64,000 nucleotides of DNA, taken from assembly GCF_963921235.1 (NCBI RefSeq), contig NC_086097.1, positions 169,944,001 through 170,008,000 of the forward strand, in the 5' to 3' direction. Below, in pieces: positions 61,821-64,000 of the stretch. The translations under genes were made by a program, and so were the position numbers. Numbering within the stretch: position 1 is the first letter of the stretch; each line of letters opens with the position of its first letter. The notes beneath the pieces are model-generated. The model did not search any database. It was given only the letters and a program-made list of their open reading frames with translations, and had not been told where the DNA came from. Origin of the DNA: Mobula hypostoma (taxonomy: Eukaryota).

Positions 61821-61973
61821 AATGTAACTGTAGTAGCCAATGCTAACCAAATCAAATTACCACAGCTGGTGACCCCCACAGATTTGTTATACTTGTATGA
61901 TATGATCTCACTCCAATGATGGTTCCAAAAGTCAAAGGTATGTATTCTGTCTGTTATTAACAATTAGCACATA

Positions 61974-63570
61974 TAGGTTTCCCCCGCCATCTGAAGGTAG
62001 AGCGTTCCTATGAAATGGTTTGTAAGCCGAAAATTCGTAAAGCGAAGAAGCAATTACCATTTATTTATATGGGGAAAATTTGTGAGTGTTCGCAGACCCA
62101 AAAATAACCTACCAAATCATGCCAAATAACACATAAAACCTAAAATAACAGTAACATATAGTAAAAGCAGGAATGATATGATAAATACACAGCCTATATA
62201 AAGTAGAAATACTTTTCCACAATCATTACTGCACTGTTCTCCTTAGTGAAAATCTCACGCAAGCGCCGTCGGCAGAAAATCTCACGCAATCGCTGTTGGC
62301 AAAAACACGGCGCAAGCGCTCTCCAGTAACCTTTAAGCTATGAAGCTGCCAAATCATACCAAATAACACATAAAAATACACAGCCTATATAAAGTAGAAA
62401 TAATGTACGTACAGTGTAGTATCACTTACTGGAGTTGGTTCAGCGCCGAGCACACTGATGATGGTGTGTTAGACTGAGTCGTTGGAGTTTGGGTGGTGCA
62501 GTTGCTCCCACCCTCCAGGCCGCTGACCGATACATTGCCGCGAAGCATGCAGGAGTGCAGCGGTAGCCGGGAGGCACACAGCACATCTTTAAGAAAAAAG
62601 CCGAAATAAACATGCTAATTAATTAGGTGACGACCGGCATGTATTTGTCGGTCCAGATCAGAGACCATTTCCAATTGTGTCGTCTCTGATCTGGGCCGAC
62701 ATTTACGTGTTGGGCAGCACCTAATTAATTGGCTTGTTTACTTCGGCTTTTTTCTTAAAGATGTGCTGGGTGCCTCCCGGCTACCGCAGCATTCTCCGCG
62801 AATCGTGGGGTTTGTGGGACGCTGGGGTGTCATCTTGTCGTCTGTTTCCATTAGAGCAGGCAGCTCATCTTCTCCTATGACTGCCCACCTCAATGTCGAA
62901 GGTCGACGTTCGTCCTCTGCTGTGGCTGTTGTGGAAGGCTTGCTTGACTGCTGAGCCTTGCGCATTTTTCTATCATACAGTTCTTTGTAAAGACTCAAAC
63001 CATCCTGCAAATATCCCCTAAACCTAAGTACCCTTTCAAAATTAAATTCGTACTTTATCATTGCAGCGAAAATCTCATGCAGTTGCTTCACGTTCAGTTC
63101 CTGGACGACTTCACTTTCGGTCCGTTCGCTACTGCATTCGGTTTCAATTGTTATCCTTTCCTCTTCCAATTGCATCAGTTCTTCATCTATCAGTTCTTGG
63201 TCATGGGATGCCAAAACCTCTTCAACATCATGTTCGTCAGCTTCCACAAGCCCAACTCACTTTGTCCTTACTTCGTTCACCACGATCGAAACGCTTAATT
63301 ATGTCTAGTTTTACGCTAAGTGTAACACTCTTACGAGCTCTTTTAGGCTTTTCCAATACCTTAGAACTCACCTTGCAAATGGCTGCTGACAGGCACGTGT
63401 TTAAGCAATGCCGTTCCGAAGCCGGGGGAGAGCAGCTGATTTTCCCCATGCGCTGCTTTTTCTTCGTAACAGTGAAAACACGTTCTGAAAGCGAAAACAG
63501 GGTACTAATGTAGGTCTTTCGTAATAGTGAGGTTTCGTAAAGCGAACGTTCGAAAAGTGGGGGTCACCTG
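61974..63570 (-). mobile_element. Tigger/pogo-type DNA transposon, internal deletion derivative lacking the DDE domain
   Basis: TA-flanked TIRs taggtttcccccgc / gtgggggtcacctg; ORF 63237-63449 KRARKSVTLSVKLDIIKRFDRGE (pipsqueak/CENP-B-type N-terminus); ORF 62738-63247 acidic Tigger C-terminus DVEEVLASHDQELIDEELMQL. Confidence 0.9.
62560..62787. repeat. Long inverted repeat (arms about 105 bp) inside the Tigger element
   Basis: gcggtagccgggaggcac...ccagatcagagac / gtctctgatctgg...gtgcctcccggctaccgc with a loop of about 16 nt. Confidence 0.9.
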
Positions 63571-64000
63571 TATACAATCTTGAAGTGATGAAACTTAAAC
63601 AAATTTAAGTGTGATTGAGTGGTCAACAAAAGAGACAATCTCTGTTGCGCACCCCTCCCCCCCCCAGCTGCATACTGCACCGAGCAAAGCACGAATACGT
63701 AACTTGTTTCCTTTGCTTTTACCATGCTCCCACTCATGTGACTCCTTACCATAATAAACAGAATACAATGCCGGTGGAGAACAGATACATGGCTCCTACA
63801 GTAACCATCCATCTTACCTACAGTGCTCATAATTTTATTTGCCTCTACAAACTCACCTTTCAGCTTTCTATGCTCCAGGAAAATTAGTCCCAGCCCATCC
63901 ATTCTCTTCTCCTCTTATAAACCCAAGTGCACCAGCCACAGTAACATACTTGTAAATCTTTTTCTGCACCCTCTCCAGGTCAGTGACAATTTTGGTGAGC

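Noticed and set aside
1..64000. Prokaryotic operon, phage or defence system
   Set aside because: No gene-dense coding structure; the window is vertebrate-type repeat-rich DNA

Overview
Eukaryotic, repeat-dominated, apparently intronic or intergenic DNA. The repeat set (abundant CR1 LINEs, Rex1/Babar-type LINEs, Penelope-like elements, V-domain tRNA SINEs, Tc1, Tigger/pogo and hAT remnants) points to a cartilaginous fish, probably a ray or skate; this is inference, not a database result. No host protein-coding gene could be identified. The ORFs I can assign are transposon-derived or antisense shadows of them. The longest is a young, 5'-truncated CR1 ORF2 (58548-60584, minus) whose RT catalytic motif reads FADY instead of FADD. 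The most interesting structure is a Penelope-like system: a 2-kb head-to-head fold-back element (29141-31189, 11-bp TSD, GIY-YIG domain) and several 90-230-bp non-coding fold-back derivatives, two with clear 13-14-bp TSDs. They carry a minimal type I hammerhead ribozyme motif (best copy 34678-34715), and in three mini copies the fold-back axis sits at the 5' edge of that motif. Also present: a Tigger deletion derivative with a 228-bp internal hairpin, a CR1-in-hAT-in-CR1 nest, non-coding retroposons headed by a YY1-like motif, two small tandem arrays that appear to derive from CR1 sequence, an unassigned CpG-rich segment and two candidate isolated exons. Boundaries of old, degraded repeats are approximate (tens of bp), and family assignments rest on recognised motifs, not alignments.
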